A DNA stretch of 64,000 bases from Bdellovibrionales bacterium (GTDB lineage: Bacteria; Bdellovibrionota; Bdellovibrionia; Bdellovibrionales; UBA1609). A model generated the notes under the pieces. It saw only the letters and a list, made by a program, of their open reading frames with translations, did not search any database and had not been told where the DNA came from. Made by a program: the position numbers and the translations under genes. The stretch covers positions 1,801,362-1,865,361 of the forward strand of contig OZ241967.1 in NCBI GenBank assembly GCA_965204055.1, given 5' to 3'. How positions within the stretch are numbered: position 1 is the stretch's first letter; each line of letters begins with the position of its first letter. Of this stretch, positions 39,793 through 49,480 are shown one piece after another.

Positions 39793-40821
39793 TTTTTACC
39801 TATATTTCCTTTAAAAAATTACTCGACTAAAGCCCTGTTTTTAATCTATCTTATTCCCATGTCTTCTGTCACTGATTTTAAACAATATCTTTCAAAAAAA
39901 CTGTTAGAGAGCACAAGAGAGCAAACTGCCATTTATAATTACCTGCGTTATTTTTGTCGCAATGAGCAAATTTTAACAACGGGCTTTTTCAACCAATTTT
40001 ACAGAAAAGCCCTTTTATTTCCTTACTGGCAAGGCCATCTCCCCTTTTTAGAAAAAGTTTTGCGGGAAGAATTAACAGCTTTTTTTAAGTTTTATTACTC
40101 TACGGAATTTGACCCTCAAGAGCTTTCGCCTGGGGCAAAATGGCAGATGATAAGCTTACAAAGAGAAAAAGACCTCATAGATATGGTTTTCGCTTATTTG
40201 CAAAACCAATCTTCAAAAGGGGATCGGATACAGGTTTTGCCTTTTGGCCGAGAAAGAGTTTTAGCCTTAATACTCAAGTCGGACGGCAGGCTTAATGTGT
40301 TTAGTTTCAGCTCTTTAGCAATTATTAACAAGGGAAAATTAGAACCCTTAAGCCCACTTTCCGAATTGCGTTATTCTTGCGAATATGAGCTAAACCCTGC
40401 ATATCCACATATTTTGGAAGATAGACACTTAAACTTTATTCACTTTAAAATTAAAGAGCAAAAAGTAACGGGTTACCAGTGCAAAAATTTTTGCTGGCAG
40501 AAATCTTATCAATTTAAACAAAAAAATTTACACGAAATAAATACCCTTTTTTGCTTGTTAAAAGAAGTAGAAAGTTTTTTTATTCAATCTAAATCCGATC
40601 CACACTATAAACAGCTTATTCAAACTCTCTATAATCACTACCGAAAGCTCTTGATCTCTCCTTATAATCATCAGGCTTTGGAAACAGAACAAATACTCTC
40701 TCAAGCTAAAACCGCCCTTAAGAATCTATATCCTCATGATCATCTGCTTTTCTTACTCACTGCCAATATTGATTTTCACTTCAGAAACCAGCAAAAAAAA
40801 TCCGCAGATCTGGAAGTATAA
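39754..40821 (+). CDS. Hypothetical protein
   Basis: Long ORF; true start probably an internal Met (MSSVTDF). Confidence 0.75.
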   Translation: MMWKKLVNYLSGHFLPIFPLKNYSTKALFLIYLIPMSSVTDFKQYLSKKLLESTREQTAIYNYLRYFCRNEQILTTGFFNQFYRKALLFPYWQGHLPFLEKVLREELTAFFKFYYSTEFDPQELSPGAKWQMISLQREKDLIDMVFAYLQNQSSKGDRIQVLPFGRERVLALILKSDGRLNVFSFSSLAIINKGKLEPLSPLSELRYSCEYELNPAYPHILEDRHLNFIHFKIKEQKVTGYQCKNFCWQKSYQFKQKNLHEINTLFCLLKEVESFFIQSKSDPHYKQLIQTLYNHYRKLLISPYNHQALETEQILSQAKTALKNLYPHDHLLFLLTANIDFHFRNQQKKSADLEV

Positions 40822-40913
40822 CAGCTATATGAAAAATAAACCTATTAGATTGTTTTTTCCAGACCGGAGCAAACACTTACAACAGCTATATGAAAAATAA
40901 ACCTATTAGATTG
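40820..40913 (+). repeat. 33-bp direct duplication of the pseudouridine synthase gene start (period 61)
   Basis: aacagctatatgaaaaataaacctattagattg at 40820 and 40881. Confidence 0.9.
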
Positions 40914-41636
40914 AGTCATTTTTTATCGATCTCAGGAGTGTGCGCACGCCGAAAAGCCAACAGCATCATCAAAAATAAAACTGTAACTGTAAATAACAAA
41001 CGGGTATGCGACCCAAGTTTAAAAATTCAACCGGAAACCGATCAGGTTATTCTGGAGGGAAGGCCCATCCTACTTCCTAAAACAAAGCTTTACATAGCCT
41101 TTAACAAACCTAAAAAAGTTTTAACCACTATGAACGATCCTAAAAATCGGCTTTGCATAGCAGATTTTTTTAAAAAAACAAAAGAAAAAGTGTTCCCTAT
41201 AGGAAGATTAGACTGGGATTCAGAGGGGCTTATTTTACTCACCAACGATGGCTTTTTTGCTGAAAAACTGAAAAAAGCCCCTAAGACCTACCTGGTAAAA
41301 CTAAAAGGCCGTCCCACCTCCACTCAATTAACTAAATTAAAAAAAGGAGTTTGGACAGAAATAGGAAGGCTAAAAGCAGAATATGCAGAAATTACACGCA
41401 AAAAAAACAGTCCACATAGTTGGGTAAAAGTGATTCTTGCAGAAGGTCGAAACAGGCAATTACATCGTATGTTTGAAAAAATGGGATTTCAAATTAAAGT
41501 GTTAAGACGAATAGGTATTGGAAAATTAAAACTAAAATCTCTTAAACCTGGAGAATATTATCTGCTTTCCCCGGCGGACATAAAAAAAGCATTTTCTTCT
41601 CCCTTAAAAACAAAAAAACTATCAAAACTGGAATAA
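40890..41636 (+). CDS. rRNA pseudouridine synthase, RsuA/RluB family
   Basis: S4 domain RLSHFLSISGVCARR, GRLDWDSEGL, GRNRQL. Confidence 0.92.
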   Translation: MKNKPIRLSHFLSISGVCARRKANSIIKNKTVTVNNKRVCDPSLKIQPETDQVILEGRPILLPKTKLYIAFNKPKKVLTTMNDPKNRLCIADFFKKTKEKVFPIGRLDWDSEGLILLTNDGFFAEKLKKAPKTYLVKLKGRPTSTQLTKLKKGVWTEIGRLKAEYAEITRKKNSPHSWVKVILAEGRNRQLHRMFEKMGFQIKVLRRIGIGKLKLKSLKPGEYYLLSPADIKKAFSSPLKTKKLSKLE

Positions 41637-41669
41637 AAAAAATCTCCTTCCTAAACCCCTCTCATTTCT

Positions 41670-42878
41670 TCAAACCGGCAAAACATAAGTTCGAATAGAA
41701 GTACTTAAAGAACTAATAGCATGATAAAGTTGTTTTGTGTGTCTATCTTCCACATCCATAATCAAATAACCTATATCCTCTTTTGTGGATAGATATTGAC
41801 TCTGAATATTGATTTTCAAATTGGAAACCAACCCATTAATATCTCCTAAAACCCCTGGCACATTTTGGTGTATGTTAACCAATCTTTTGTTCTTCTTAGA
41901 TGGATCTAAAAGGGGAGGATTAAGTGATGGAAAATTTACCGCACCTTCTGTTATCCCATGAAAAAGATACTTTACAATAGAGGCACTAACTTGCTTTGCT
42001 ATATTTTCTTGTGCCTCTTCTGTACTGCCGGCAATATGAGGGGTAAGAATCACCTTCTGAATACCCTGCAACTCACAAATAAAATTGTTAGTTTGGCTTT
42101 GGGGTTCTTCAGGAAACACATCTAAAGCCACTCCAGCCAAATGTTTGTCTAACAGTGCACGCCGGACATCTTTTAAGTTAACCACAGTCCCCCGACTGGT
42201 ATTAATAAGAAAAGCCCCTGACTTCAGCCACTTTAATTGTTTTTCCTGGATCATATTTTTTGTTAAGGGAGTTTGAGGCACATGCAATGTTACAAAATCA
42301 GAACGACTCATTAGCTCTTTTAAGCTTTTTACTGGTTGAGCATTACCTAAAGGTAAAGTTTCAACAATATCAAAGTACATTATCTTCATACCCATTGCTT
42401 CTGCTAAAACGCTTATTTGTGTGCCAATATGACCATACCCCACAATACCTAAAGTTTTGCCTCGCACTTCCCGACTGCCCTGGGCGGTTTTATTCCATTT
42501 CTGTTGGTGCATACTGTGATTAAACTTATAGGTCTGGCGGGAAAGTGCGATAATGTGTGAGATCACCAATTCCGCCACACTCCTTGTATTGCCATAAGGA
42601 GCGTTAAAAACGGGTACTCCCATTTTGCCAGCAGACTCTAAAGCAATTTGATCTGTGCCAATACAAAAAGCTCCAATCACCCTTAAAGAGGGGCAAAGAG
42701 CTTTTAAAACATCTTCTGTAACTTGGGTGCGGGATCGCACACCTAATGCCATGCAGTTTACTTGCTGAGTCAACTCATCAGATCCTGGAGCAACCTTGGC
42801 ATGCTCTGCCGTCAATCCTTGGGCATGCAGATATTCCTCTGCGGATTTATGAATACCTTCCAATAATAGACACTTCAT
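41670..42878 (-). CDS. serA: D-3-phosphoglycerate dehydrogenase
   Basis: FCIGTDQI, NTRSVAE, GIVGYGHIG, TPHIAGST, C-terminal ACT domain. Confidence 0.95.
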   Translation of the reverse strand: MKCLLLEGIHKSAEEYLHAQGLTAEHAKVAPGSDELTQQVNCMALGVRSRTQVTEDVLKALCPSLRVIGAFCIGTDQIALESAGKMGVPVFNAPYGNTRSVAELVISHIIALSRQTYKFNHSMHQQKWNKTAQGSREVRGKTLGIVGYGHIGTQISVLAEAMGMKIMYFDIVETLPLGNAQPVKSLKELMSRSDFVTLHVPQTPLTKNMIQEKQLKWLKSGAFLINTSRGTVVNLKDVRRALLDKHLAGVALDVFPEEPQSQTNNFICELQGIQKVILTPHIAGSTEEAQENIAKQVSASIVKYLFHGITEGAVNFPSLNPPLLDPSKKNKRLVNIHQNVPGVLGDINGLVSNLKINIQSQYLSTKEDIGYLIMDVEDRHTKQLYHAISSLSTSIRTYVLPV

Positions 42879-42966
42879 AATGTAAACTCTTTATATCACT
42901 TAAACTATTAAGAACCCAAACAGAATTGGCCCAGAAAAGACATTAAAGTTTTGGAATCTACACAAT

Positions 42967-43722
42967 TTAAAAGTTTGTATAGCCTTTTTCTTCTAATTCT
43001 ACTGCCAATTTATGGTTTCCGCTTTGTTGTATTTTTCCCTCTTTCATAATATGCACAAAGTCCGGCTTAATATGATTTAACAGGCGATTGTAATGAGTTA
43101 TCAACAAAAACGCTGTTTGTTTGTTTTTTAATTTATTTAATACCTCCGCCACACAGGTCATAGAATCCACATCTAATCCAGAATCGGTTTCATCTAAAAC
43201 TGTTAGACGAGGAGATAAAATCGCCAGCTGTAAAATTTCATTTCGTTTTTTTTCTCCTCCTGAAAAACCTTCGTTTACTGAACGATGCAAGAAAGAAAAA
43301 GGAAGGCCAACCCATTCTGCTTTTTGTTTCACAAGAGAGGTAAACTCCTTTTCTCCCATTTCCGGCACTCCTTGGTGCTTGCAGACAGAGTTAAAAGAGG
43401 CTTTTAGTAAATTAAAATTACTTACCCCCGGCACTTCCACAGGGTACTGAAAAGCTATAAACAACCCTTCCCTGGCTCTTTCCTCTGGTGTCCATTTGCT
43501 TATGTCTTTGTAGTCAAAATTTTTTTCGTAAAGTATTTTCCCCTGGGTTATTTCATATTCTGGGTGGCCAGCAATCACCTTGGCTAAAGTGCTTTTTCCG
43601 GAACCGTTTGGCCCCATAATGGCATGAATTTCCCCAGCCTTAACTTCTAAGTTGATGCCATTTAAAATGGAATAGTTAGATGTCTCTAATGTTTTAACAT
43701 AAAGATTTTGAATTTTTAGCAC
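42967..43722 (-). CDS. sufC: Fe-S assembly ATPase SufC
   Basis: MGPNGSGKST, FQYPVEVPGV, RSVNEGFSGGEKKRNE, DETDSGLD. Confidence 0.95.
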   Translation of the reverse strand: MLKIQNLYVKTLETSNYSILNGINLEVKAGEIHAIMGPNGSGKSTLAKVIAGHPEYEITQGKILYEKNFDYKDISKWTPEERAREGLFIAFQYPVEVPGVSNFNLLKASFNSVCKHQGVPEMGEKEFTSLVKQKAEWVGLPFSFLHRSVNEGFSGGEKKRNEILQLAILSPRLTVLDETDSGLDVDSMTCVAEVLNKLKNKQTAFLLITHYNRLLNHIKPDFVHIMKEGKIQQSGNHKLAVELEEKGYTNF

Positions 43723-43875
43723 TTATTACTCCTATTTTATTGATACAGGAAGGGTTTTGATAGTTCAACAAAATAATTAATAGCTTGTGAAAAACCCCTG
43801 CTACTGCCTCTGAAAAGTAGGCAGGCTGGCCTTTTCGATATTGCAATTACACTTAAAAGGGGTTTATAAGATGCT

Positions 43876-44940
43876 ATGAACCGTGTTTATTTTTTACCCT
43901 TTCTAAACTGGACTACCTTAACTTTAGCTCTTTTATGGTCTTGCTCTGTTTTTGCACTCAAAGAGTCAGAAATATCAAAAGTTTATAAACTCCTGGAAAA
44001 TCAAAGTTTTTACCATATTAAAAGCTTTAAAGGAACAAATACTGTAAAACATACCAGCAGGGCAAAACAAAACACTATCACTTTGCGCTATGCCAAGTTT
44101 GGAAAAGGCAAAGGAGAAAAAGGCTCGCTTATGTTTATAAACGGTTGGGCAGAAAACTTACTCAAATACACAGAGCTTTTTTATGATTTACATCTCAAAG
44201 GTTTTTCCCCCATCTACACTTATGACCATAGAGGGCAGGGTTTTTCTGATCGCCTTTTACCAAACCCTCATATTGGCTATGTAGAAGATTACTCTTTTTA
44301 CAGAAAAGACATGAAAGCCTTTATAGAGATAGTTTTAAAAGATCCAGAAATAAATAAAGATAATTTATTTTTAATAGCTCATTCTATGGGAGGTGCTATT
44401 GCCCTGGATTATCTGCAAACCTATCTTGATCAAAAACATTTTAAGGCAATGGTGCTTTCTGCCCCTTTGTTAAAGATTCAGATAGGTTACCCTGTTTTTG
44501 ATCCTTTTATTTTAAGCTTTGTAAAATTAGCCTGCTGGTTTTTTTGCAAAAAACAAGTTCCCGGAATTAACACACGATATATGGAAAGAAAACTGATGAG
44601 TGGTAGTCAAGCCAGAATAAAGTTTGGAATACATATTGAAACAAAGTTCCCAAAAGCAATTTTAGATCGCCCCAGCTATCATTGGGTGCTTAAAAGCTTT
44701 TCAGCTACCAAGGACTTAATGCAGGAGAAAAAAATCCTTCGGATACATATCCCTTTGCTTATTTTGCAAGCAAAAAAGGAAGTCTTAGTCTCTAATAAAT
44801 ACCAAAACCAGTTTTGCGGGAAACTCCAGAATTATTGTCATATCAAACGGTTGGCTGGTCGGCACGAGCTTTTTTTAGAAACAGACACAATACGGGATAA
44901 AGCGATTGAGGAAACAATCCGCTTTTTTTCCATGTTATGA
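43876..44940 (+). CDS. Secreted alpha/beta hydrolase (lysophospholipase PldB-like)
   Basis: YDHRGQGFS, AHSMGG, RHELFLE. Confidence 0.88.
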   Translation: MNRVYFLPFLNWTTLTLALLWSCSVFALKESEISKVYKLLENQSFYHIKSFKGTNTVKHTSRAKQNTITLRYAKFGKGKGEKGSLMFINGWAENLLKYTELFYDLHLKGFSPIYTYDHRGQGFSDRLLPNPHIGYVEDYSFYRKDMKAFIEIVLKDPEINKDNLFLIAHSMGGAIALDYLQTYLDQKHFKAMVLSAPLLKIQIGYPVFDPFILSFVKLACWFFCKKQVPGINTRYMERKLMSGSQARIKFGIHIETKFPKAILDRPSYHWVLKSFSATKDLMQEKKILRIHIPLLILQAKKEVLVSNKYQNQFCGKLQNYCHIKRLAGRHELFLETDTIRDKAIEETIRFFSML

Positions 44941-44942
44941 GG

Positions 44943-45329
44943 TTATTTTTCTTCCGATTTGTTTTTATCTGCTTTTATGTTGTGCTGATTGGGAGAATTA
45001 AGAAGTAATAAAGTTTTTATATCTGCTTCTATCCTGTTAAATCTTTCGTCTATCCTGTTAAATCTTTCGTTGAATCGAGATTCTATATTGTCTAACCGCG
45101 CACTGGTTTTGCTATCTAAATAACTTATAAAGCCCGCAAATAAAACAAACCCGCTTATCACCACCCCTAAAGTCCAAAGCTTTAAATCTTTTTTCAACAG
45201 CTCCAGATCCCTTTTATTAACAGCCCTTTGCTCTACGGTCCGAATAATAGCCTCTGCTTGTTCTACTGTAAAGCCACTTTCTGTTAAATAATTAAGGTTT
45301 TGCTTTGTTAAATTATTTTCCATAACCAC
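44943..45329 (-). CDS. DUF1640/Bdr-like coiled-coil TM protein with 21-bp repeat
   Basis: LTESGFTVEQAEAI, TM segment, ERFNRID heptad repeats from tandem tctatcctgttaaatctttcg. Confidence 0.75.
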   Translation of the reverse strand: MVMENNLTKQNLNYLTESGFTVEQAEAIIRTVEQRAVNKRDLELLKKDLKLWTLGVVISGFVLFAGFISYLDSKTSARLDNIESRFNERFNRIDERFNRIEADIKTLLLLNSPNQHNIKADKNKSEEK

Positions 45330-45527
45330 CTAATGGTGAGCGAAATAAGCCATAAAGTCAAGTAAAACATACACTTTTACCCGTATTTTAGCTTTTTCTT
45401 AAAAGTCACCTACATTCCTTTGTCAAATAAATCATTACCTACATTTTGACTTCCTTCTCTAAAAACAGGAACATCTTTATTAAATAAGGATACCCCTGCT
45501 CGATTATTACGGCTTTCCCTATAGCTA

Positions 45528-45615
45528 TTCGGTCGTGAAAAAGTAGCAGTTAACGCATTATTATAACTTGATTTTTTTATAAGTTAAAATTAAAAAATAC
45601 TTTGTCACAGGCAAC
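45528..45615. mobile_element. Degenerate MITE derived from the IS left end
   Basis: ~55 bp matching 10550-10600 (cggtcgtgaaaaag..gcagttaacgcatt..acttgatttttttataa); degenerate right TIR tttgtcacaggcaac; no clean TSD. Confidence 0.7.
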
Positions 45616-45647
45616 TACTATAGTCGTCTCTGAAGAAGGAAACTAAT

Positions 45648-47037
45648 ATGAATAAAAAATCACTTTTCTTTGGCGCGATTTTTATATCATACGGCCTTTT
45701 AAGTCTTTTTTATGTTTTTCTATCTGGATGTGATTATGACGCCCCCCCCCCATTTTCCAAAAAAGTCCACACCTAAAGAAACCAAGGTTAAAAAAGACAT
45801 CCAGTTTTGCGATAAAGCCAGTGAAGAAAACTCTTGCAAAAAAAACTCTTCTTGCAAAAAAGATTGCGACAAAATTTTTTCTGAAAAAGAAAATGAAGAA
45901 AAATGCCAAGCCCTCCCAACAAACACAGTTAAAGCCTTTAAAACCTTAACTCAGCAAACAAAAGATAAGGACGAAATTCAAGAAATAGCTCCTAAAACCT
46001 TGGGTTGTTTTTTGCAAATTGATCCAGAAGAGTTTGCCGATTTAATAAAAACGGCCAGTCGCCAAACCACAAAGAATTTTTTAGTAGCTATAGCAGAAAG
46101 TAAAGCCTTGGCAGAGGCTTTAGAAAACAAGGACAGTGATTTTGATGTGTTGGAAGAGCTTTTTGAAAAAGCCGTGGGGGGCAAGAATCTGCATCGTGTA
46201 TTAACCCGGTCTATAGAGGATGGGAAAACTTTTTTACAAATAGCTGAGGAGGAAGAAAGCAATCAACCTGCCTTTTACTATTTGGATAACTATGTGGATT
46301 TAAGGTGCGAAGATGAGGATAATTTTTGCGGAGATAAGGAGGAGTCTTTAACGGCTTATTGTAAGGCTTTGGTTCGTTTAAGTGATAATAATTTAGAGGA
46401 TTTTTTAGATAATGCAAAGCACTTTGAGGAGGAATATTCAGGAGAAGTAAAAGACGCGGGATTTGATTATGATGAAGAGGGTTTTCGGGATTTTTGTTCT
46501 GATGATGATAGGGGGAGTAGTTCCGGCAGTGGTTCGTCTTCCGGCACGGGATCTACCCCTACTCCTGTTACCCCATGCCCTAACAGTAATCCTCCATCAG
46601 AACAAAAGCTGGCGGAAATTACTTTTTATCACCATGCCGATCAACCCAGTCTTCAGAGATATGAATATCGTCCCGCTCGTTTTTTTATTGATACCAATGT
46701 TCTAGGAGGCTCTGATATTAGGGGTAGTAGCACTCCCTCTACCATTAATGTTCTTCCAGGCATTTTAACCAGGACAGATAGGCCTCAATGGACACAAGTT
46801 TGGTTAAAAATAAGTGCAATACCAGGTTTTGATTTTAGTAACAATACCTGGTATATTTATATTGCAGGCACACGTTACACCTTAACTAGATCCAGTCCCT
46901 CATACACAGGAGGTGGCGACACATATCAAAAATTTTCCACATCCAATAACATAGTAATCTCAGACACCAACTCGAAAGTGATTCATCTTGCCTATCAACC
47001 ATCTGGTGGTTCTTGTGTGTATATCACACAACCATAA
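45648..47037 (+). CDS. Cys-rich acidic lipoprotein, frameshifted at a C10 tract (462 aa if C9)
   Basis: ATG 45648 with aagga RBS gives signal peptide + LSGC lipobox and stops at 45776; the long frame (track 45712-47037) joins if tract 45742-45751 is C9 or C12. Confidence 0.8.
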
Positions 47038-47055
47038 AATATATATTTATAGTTT

Positions 47056-47204
47056 CAGGCAAAGTATCAAATAAGCCTTAAGAGATTAAACCCTTCTTTT
47101 TCGCGGATGATTGTTATTAACCTTCTCAGACAAAGTATCAAATCAACCCGGAGAGATTAAACCCTTCTTTTTCGCGGATGATTGTTATTAACCTTCTCAG
47201 ACAA
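47056..47204. repeat. 71-bp-period tandem duplication upstream of argS
   Basis: gagattaaacccttctttttcgcggatgattgttattaaccttctcagacaaa twice. Confidence 0.9.
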
Positions 47205-47288
47205 AAAATATAAAGAATACTCTTGACTATGAATAATTATAAAGAAAATATTAATCTTCAGTAGCTATATAGTAATTAGTGATAAAGT

Positions 47289-49166
47289 ATGTTTTTTTTG
47301 GCTGTCATTTATTACAAACCACACTTTAGGAAAAATATAAAAATGAACTCTAATAATAAAAAAACTCAAACAACTACAGCAAAACAGTCAAATCACTTCT
47401 TTTTAGATGTGTTTACAAAAAAAATATGTTTAGAGCTATCTCAAAAAATAACAAATCTGTTTCAAATAAAGATAACCCCTTATGATTTAGCAACTACTTT
47501 TGGCCCTCCTCCTGCCACAGAAAAAGGACATTGGGCTTTGCCTTGTTTTTTCCTTGCTCAACAGCTTAAAAAAAAACCAGCAGAAGTAGCTCTTCAAATA
47601 GCAAAAGCTTATGATAACAGTAACTCACCTGTGTTTGAAAAAGCCCTTAATAAAGGCCCTTATGTTAATTTCTTTTTTAAGAAAGATTTTTTAAAGAACC
47701 ATCTTTTAACTTCTATTTTAACTAATGATTTTTTTCATACTCCAGCTAAAAAAATAGGCTCTTATCTTATTGAGTATTCACAGCCCAACACCCATAAGGA
47801 ATTGCACATAGGCCACACCCGAAACCTTTGTTTTGGCTTAAGCCTTGTTACTCTTTTGAAAAAAAGAGGTTTCCCGGTCATCACCTGCACTTACCCTGGA
47901 GATATGGGGACTCATGTGGCTAAGTGTCTTTGGTATCTTAAATATTACAACAAAGGTGTTCCCACTCATCAAAAAGGCCAGTGGTTGGGTGCAATTTACA
48001 CAAAAGCGTTCCAAAAATATAAAAAAGAAGAAGAAAACCCCTCAAAGAAAGAAAAAAACAAACAGCAGTTAGCAGAAATTTTACAGCAGTTGCAAAAACA
48101 GCAAGGGGAATTTTACGACTTATGGAAGCAAACACGTAGGTGGAGCAAAGATCTTATGGATGAAGTTTATGAATGGGCAGGAGCGAAGTTTGATTATTGG
48201 TATTGGGAATCAGAAATAGATAAACCCTCTGTCCAATGGGTAAAAGAGTTGTTACAACAAAAAAAACTTAAGCTTTCTGAAGGGGCGATCGGGCTGGACC
48301 TAAATGAGCTACTTGGGTTTTGTCTGCTTTTAAAATCAGATGGAAACGGGCTTTACGCCACAAAAGATCTTTATCTGGCCAGAAAAAAGTTTGCAGATCA
48401 TAACATTTCAGAAAATATTTATATTGTAGATCAACGACAATCCACACATTTTCAACAAATTTTTGAAACTCTAAAACAAATTGGCTTAACTAAAGAAGGA
48501 GAAAAGTCTCAGCATTTAAAATACAATTTTGTCCAGTTAAAAACAGGTGCTATGAGCTCTCGCGCCGGCAACATTGTCCCTATTATGAAACTAATAAGGG
48601 AAATGACAAAGTATATATCCACCGCGTTTTTACAAAAATATAAGGACAAATGGCCAGAAGAAAAAATTAAAAACACCGCAAATATTATTGCCCAAGGAGC
48701 TATCAAATACGGAATGAATGAGCAGGAGTTAAATAAAAAAATTATCTTTGACATGAAAGAGTGGCTAAAGTTAGACGGACGCTCCGGCCCTTATATACAA
48801 TATGCTCATGCTCGCGCCTGCTCGCTTTTAAAAAAGCTTGACGCTTTTGAAAATAATAAAAACACACTAACAAAAAATATTAATATAAACTATCTTAACT
48901 CCCCCGAAGAGTGGCAGTTAATCTTGCAGATGTCCTGGTTTTCTCTCATCTTAGAGAAAGCGAGCTGGCAGATGAAAACCTCTATAGTGTGCCATTATCT
49001 TTTTGAGCTGGCTCAAAAATTTTCGCGATTTTACCAAAATTGCCCTATAGGAACTTTAGACAATGAAGAGCAAAAACAATTTCGTTTGTTTTTAGTTCAA
49101 GCTGTCCGAAAAACCCTGAAAGAAGGTTTGTCTGCTCTTTCTATCCCCGCCCCTGAACAAATGTAA
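47289..49166 (+). CDS. argS: Arginine-tRNA ligase
   Basis: EYSQPNTHKELHIGH, YATKDL, MSSRAGN, GPYIQYAHAR; the start may be ATG 47343. Confidence 0.95.
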   Translation: MFFLAVIYYKPHFRKNIKMNSNNKKTQTTTAKQSNHFFLDVFTKKICLELSQKITNLFQIKITPYDLATTFGPPPATEKGHWALPCFFLAQQLKKKPAEVALQIAKAYDNSNSPVFEKALNKGPYVNFFFKKDFLKNHLLTSILTNDFFHTPAKKIGSYLIEYSQPNTHKELHIGHTRNLCFGLSLVTLLKKRGFPVITCTYPGDMGTHVAKCLWYLKYYNKGVPTHQKGQWLGAIYTKAFQKYKKEEENPSKKEKNKQQLAEILQQLQKQQGEFYDLWKQTRRWSKDLMDEVYEWAGAKFDYWYWESEIDKPSVQWVKELLQQKKLKLSEGAIGLDLNELLGFCLLLKSDGNGLYATKDLYLARKKFADHNISENIYIVDQRQSTHFQQIFETLKQIGLTKEGEKSQHLKYNFVQLKTGAMSSRAGNIVPIMKLIREMTKYISTAFLQKYKDKWPEEKIKNTANIIAQGAIKYGMNEQELNKKIIFDMKEWLKLDGRSGPYIQYAHARACSLLKKLDAFENNKNTLTKNININYLNSPEEWQLILQMSWFSLILEKASWQMKTSIVCHYLFELAQKFSRFYQNCPIGTLDNEEQKQFRLFLVQAVRKTLKEGLSALSIPAPEQM

Positions 49167-49197
49167 TACATTAAACCTTTGATACAACACAATAAAT

Positions 49198-49480
49198 CTT
49201 CTCAAAATTACCTCTTTTTGAGAAGATACGACAATACATGTAACAAAAACAAGCATTCTTGAGAAAATGAAAAATATCTGCTTCTCAAAATTACCTTTTT
49301 TTGAGAAGATACGGGAATACATGTAACAAAAACAAACATTTTTGAGAAGATAAAAAAGTATTTACTTCTCAAAATTACGCTTTTCTGAGAAGATAAGACA
49401 TTATATGTAACAAAAACAAACATTTTTGAGAAGATAAAACAACATATACAACAAAAACAAACATTTTTGAGAAGATAAAA
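49198..49480 (+). repeat. 83/84-bp tandem array (3 units + partial) of hairpin-containing repeats directly upstream of the Fic gene
   Basis: cttctcaaaa-N8-ttttgagaag at 49198, 49281 and 49365; tgtaacaaaaacaaacatttttgagaagata sub-unit repeated up to the ATG. Confidence 0.92.

Noticed and set aside
43774-43840. MITE-like end taatta-atagcttgtgaaaaa upstream of sufC
   Set aside because: No convincing partner TIR or second TSD found
49198-49480. Possible CRISPR array
   Set aside because: The intervening segments are themselves repeated rather than unique spacers, the period is 83 bp, and there are no cas genes in the window
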